A DNA stretch of 64,000 nt from positions 1,121,788 to 1,185,787 of the forward strand of contig NC_092676.1 of NCBI RefSeq assembly GCF_964355755.1. Reading direction: 5' to 3'. The DNA comes from Antedon mediterranea (taxonomy: Eukaryota; Animalia; Echinodermata). Shown piece after piece: positions 60,801 to 64,000 of this stretch (within the stretch, counting starts at the first letter, position 1; the number at the start of each line of letters is the position of its first letter). Position numbers and translations under genes: made by a program. The notes beneath the pieces are model-generated. The model was not told the DNA's origin and made no database searches. It saw nothing but the letters and a program-made list of their open reading frames with translations.

Positions 60801-63800
60801 CAAATATTAATTTTTTTCTAAATCTTCCGAACTTGCAGTTTGCTAAAACCTTAATATTTTCTATGTATTCACTTACCAGGACCCTGATGCCAGTTTTGAT
60901 TTTAACAACAAAAGCAAAGAAGTCGATATTGACCCCCGACCTGATGATTCTCCAGCAGCTGGAATGGAAAATGCGTAAGTAATAAAATTGAAAACATAGA
61001 AAAAGTTAAAATAACTAAATATTGTGATGACAACGTCGTCATCAAAAATCTGTTTGAATTCTACAAAAATGATTGTGTAAAAGTTGAATGATATCTGACA
61101 ATGTATTTTACAGGCATGGTACACGGTGTGCTGGTGAAATTGCCGCAGTGGCCAACAACTCAGTCTGTGGAGTGGGGGCTGCTTATCAGGCTAGCATAGG
61201 AGGTAAACTTAAAATTTAATTTAATATTAAATATCTTGATCTGCCACCAAAGGTGGCAAAGCACAAGCCTGAGGGTGGTTCCAGGGTTTGAGCGAAAACC
61301 CCCTTTTGCCACAAGTGCCATTTTCAAAATCGAGACCAACAGCCTAAGTAGTGTAACTCATGACAATTTTTACCAAAATTTTTTGAAAAACGAAACTGTA
61401 TTTAAAAGTTCTGGCTACAGGCCTGCAGCACTTATTGTTTATTTATAGAAACAAAGAACTTATAACACAAGAATCTCCTGTTCTTCAATTTGCATTCAAA
61501 ACACAGTATCGGAAGTACAGGGTTAAAAGATCAAACTGGGCGACGCCATTTCACAGCATGGAGCAGCGCCCCCTCCAAACTAGGAAGTCAATTACTCTAC
61601 CCCCCTAGAGTATTAGCAGATCCCCTCTATGATTTTGACTTTCTAATTTGATGCGGGCGCCCTACTCCTCAGTCAATTACTCTATACCCCCTAGAGCATT
61701 AGCAGATCCCCTCTATGATTTTGACTTTCTAATTTGATGCGGGCGCCCTACTCCATGGCTCACAATGGCGCCACCCATAGCTCTATTCTATCCCACAATG
61801 CCTTTCGAAATTGTTACGCGCTTCGGACGAACAGGAGATTCTTGTGTTATAAGTTCTTTGATAGAAACCAATACTTTATGAACTTCTGTATTAAAAAAAT
61901 TACCCCCTCTATGTTTTGCTATATAGTACTAGTAGGAGCTCTTTGTACAATTTCAAGATGTCTCAATGAGCAATAGGAAAACCAACAAAATGACATCAGA
62001 GTGAAATTAAAAAAAAAAGTGATACTGTAATATATAATATAATATGTGTTCAAAAATCAATATCTGTCTTTTATTTATAGTTTTCTATGTATGATATTTA
62101 TATTGTCACAAAATTGACTTTATACTAATTATTTCCCTCTCTTAAATCGCATTTTCACAGGATGTTTGAGGTAAGTACCTATGAAATGAGGACTCGCATG
62201 CTTTTCCAATAATATATCAGTTATTTTGTATGAGATTTTAAATATTAGCCTTTTTAAAACCCAAAATTAATGTTTTATAATTTATTTTTACCTTTTATTG
62301 TTCATTTTTTTTAGTTATAAATATGTTTTTTTGAATGAATTAATAATAAAATGTTTGATTTTTTGTGATGATATGTTACTCATACCAAATTGATACAATC
62401 ATGTTAGGCTAACACAATTACCGTATAATATTTTTATTTTGCATGTTACACTATTAAACAAGAATGACCCCAATACAACATTGTTTTTTTTTAATTATCA
62501 TTTTTGCATGATTTGCAACTAACTTGTTCCATTTTTAGAGTTTTCCGCTTTTGAATCACATTTTAATGCAATTTTCCTTTTTTAAATTCTTGTCATACAA
62601 CACAAATATTGAACACGTTATTTTCTGATAATTCTTTTCAAAGACATGAAATTGTAAAAAAAAATGTCTTTTTCGATTTCCGAAATGTCAACGAGTTAAT
62701 TAAGGAAACAACGATAATTTATCGTCAATAAATATTATAAATATTATAACATTTTAAAGATAATATGTTGTATATGTATGTATATCCATAGGCACTCACT
62801 GTTACAGAAATATTTCAACCACAATATTTAAAATACTATAATAAAAATGTTTAGGAACGTAACTGATCAAGTTTAAATTTTTGTTTTACTTTTGTAGTTT
62901 CCTTTATTGGAAAATATTAACTCAAAACAAATTAAATATAGATAATAACGCCTTTTCGTTCGTATCATACGACTGCGTAGCTATGGCGTCTGTCGTTCTA
63001 TGCATGGTCACTTGTCAAATGCTGCTGCATGCCATGCCGCACGGTGCATGATGAAAAAAATGAGAGATAAAGTTATAACATTGCATGCAGTTTGCGCATT
63101 CCAGGGGCCGGTTGGTGCGCCCAGACCCTGGTGCATGATAACAATAGCTTGGAGCCCTACACAGTAATGCATGAATAATGAAATAACTTTGTTAGATTGT
63201 TAGTATATTATTTTTGGGCAAGCCACCGTGATGTTTAAAATTGTAAACAAATATTAAAACTTGTAATTGTATGTTCCCAGATATCTTCTTTATAACCAAG
63301 TATCATATTTTCCTTAACCACAAATTGAACTCTTTTATTTCTAATTTTTTTAAGGTTTGCGGATCCTTGATGGTGGTGTGACTGATGCCATGCAGGCATC
63401 TGCCATCTTGTTCAACAACAGTCACATTGACATCTACAGTTGCTGCTGGGGACCTCCTGATGATGGCAAGACGTTCCAAAAACCTGGTGAACTCCTTACA
63501 GAGGCCTTTGAAACAGGAACTAAAGAGGTACTGTTTTACTATCTATTACTAAACATGCAGAAGTAAATTTATTTATTTATTTATTCAACTTTGTTTTACA
63601 ACGGTAGCTCTAACAGCTGTCTACAGCTGTACAGCTGACTTGAAGAGGCCCTCTTAAAATAATACAAAAGTATACAGTAAGACGTTCAAAGTCACAAAAG
63701 GATTGTGATTGTGGGGTGTAGCCCATGTTGAGGTGTGATTATATTCTTATGTTTAAGCCCACCATAGGATTATAAACCAACTCTCCATGAGATATCTAAC

Positions 63801-64000
63801 CTCTATCAAACATTTTAAACATTTGTTGTTTTTTTGCATAGATTTTGGTTTATCCTTTTAATAGTTTATTTATATTTATCTTTTTTTATCGTACCAATAT
63901 TTGCCAATCTTTAAGAAGAATTTTTATTGTTATTTTATTATGATAATGGACAAGTATTTCATATTATCTTTTTTCATGACAGGGTCGCAATGGTAAAGGA
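57880..64000 (+). CDS. Kexin/furin-family proprotein convertase (S8B), 5' partial
   Basis: Exons 57880-58047, 59483-59587, 59746-59877, 60216-60324, 60733-60770, 60880-60974, 61114-61202, 63355-63527, 63983 onward. Signal peptide, prodomain [19 protein letters not shown], catalytic VVDDG and [24 protein letters not shown]. Confidence 0.93.
59005..59325. mobile_element. Small non-autonomous element with a long hairpin (possibly Crypton-like)
   Basis: Arms of ~75 bp (acaaataatgaatg...ggttatatcaac / gttgatataacc...cattcattatttgt) around the loop tcggctttgcctc. Family assignment is from memory only. Confidence 0.5.
61455..61856. repeat. 29-bp inverted repeat enclosing an 85-bp direct duplication (probable TE interior)
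   Basis: agaacttataacacaagaatctcctgttc at ~61455 and its reverse complement at ~61828; agtcaattactcta...gcgccctactcc at ~61587 and ~61671. Confidence 0.7.

Noticed and set aside
61282-63130. hAT-like element (cagggtttgagcg ... cgcccagaccctg)
   Set aside because: The TIR is weak and the 8-bp flanks do not match (ggtggttc vs gtgcatga), so boundaries are unsupported.
57880-64000. Assigning FURIN, PCSK5 or PCSK7 as the gene symbol
   Set aside because: The gene is partial and its specificity residues are atypical; orthology cannot be determined by eye.

Overview
AT-rich, intron-containing animal DNA, probably a marine invertebrate (echinoderm-like gene and TE content; this is an inference). It holds four spliced genes. 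(1) A minus-strand NLR with four predicted N-terminal death-effector domains, a NACHT domain and about 6 near-identical 357-bp LRR modules, broken by a 20-bp frameshift deletion. (2) A complete ATG5 (+). (3) A complete CCDC174 (-). (4) The 5' part of a divergent kexin/furin-family convertase (+) whose S4-S6 acidic pocket residues and prodomain P4 Arg both appear lost. About 41% of the window is two giant non-coding foldback elements of one family (18675-33721, 15.0 kb; 46300-57403, 11.1 kb). Each has apparently identical ~148-bp termini, a 9-bp target-site duplication and inverted arms made entirely of a 181-187-bp satellite with no central spacer. Each sits between head-to-head genes. There are also many smaller MITEs (Mutator-, piggyBac-, Kolobok- and Harbinger-like), LINE fragments and intronic minisatellites, several of which multiply splice sites. 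All coordinates were read by eye and copy numbers are approximate.
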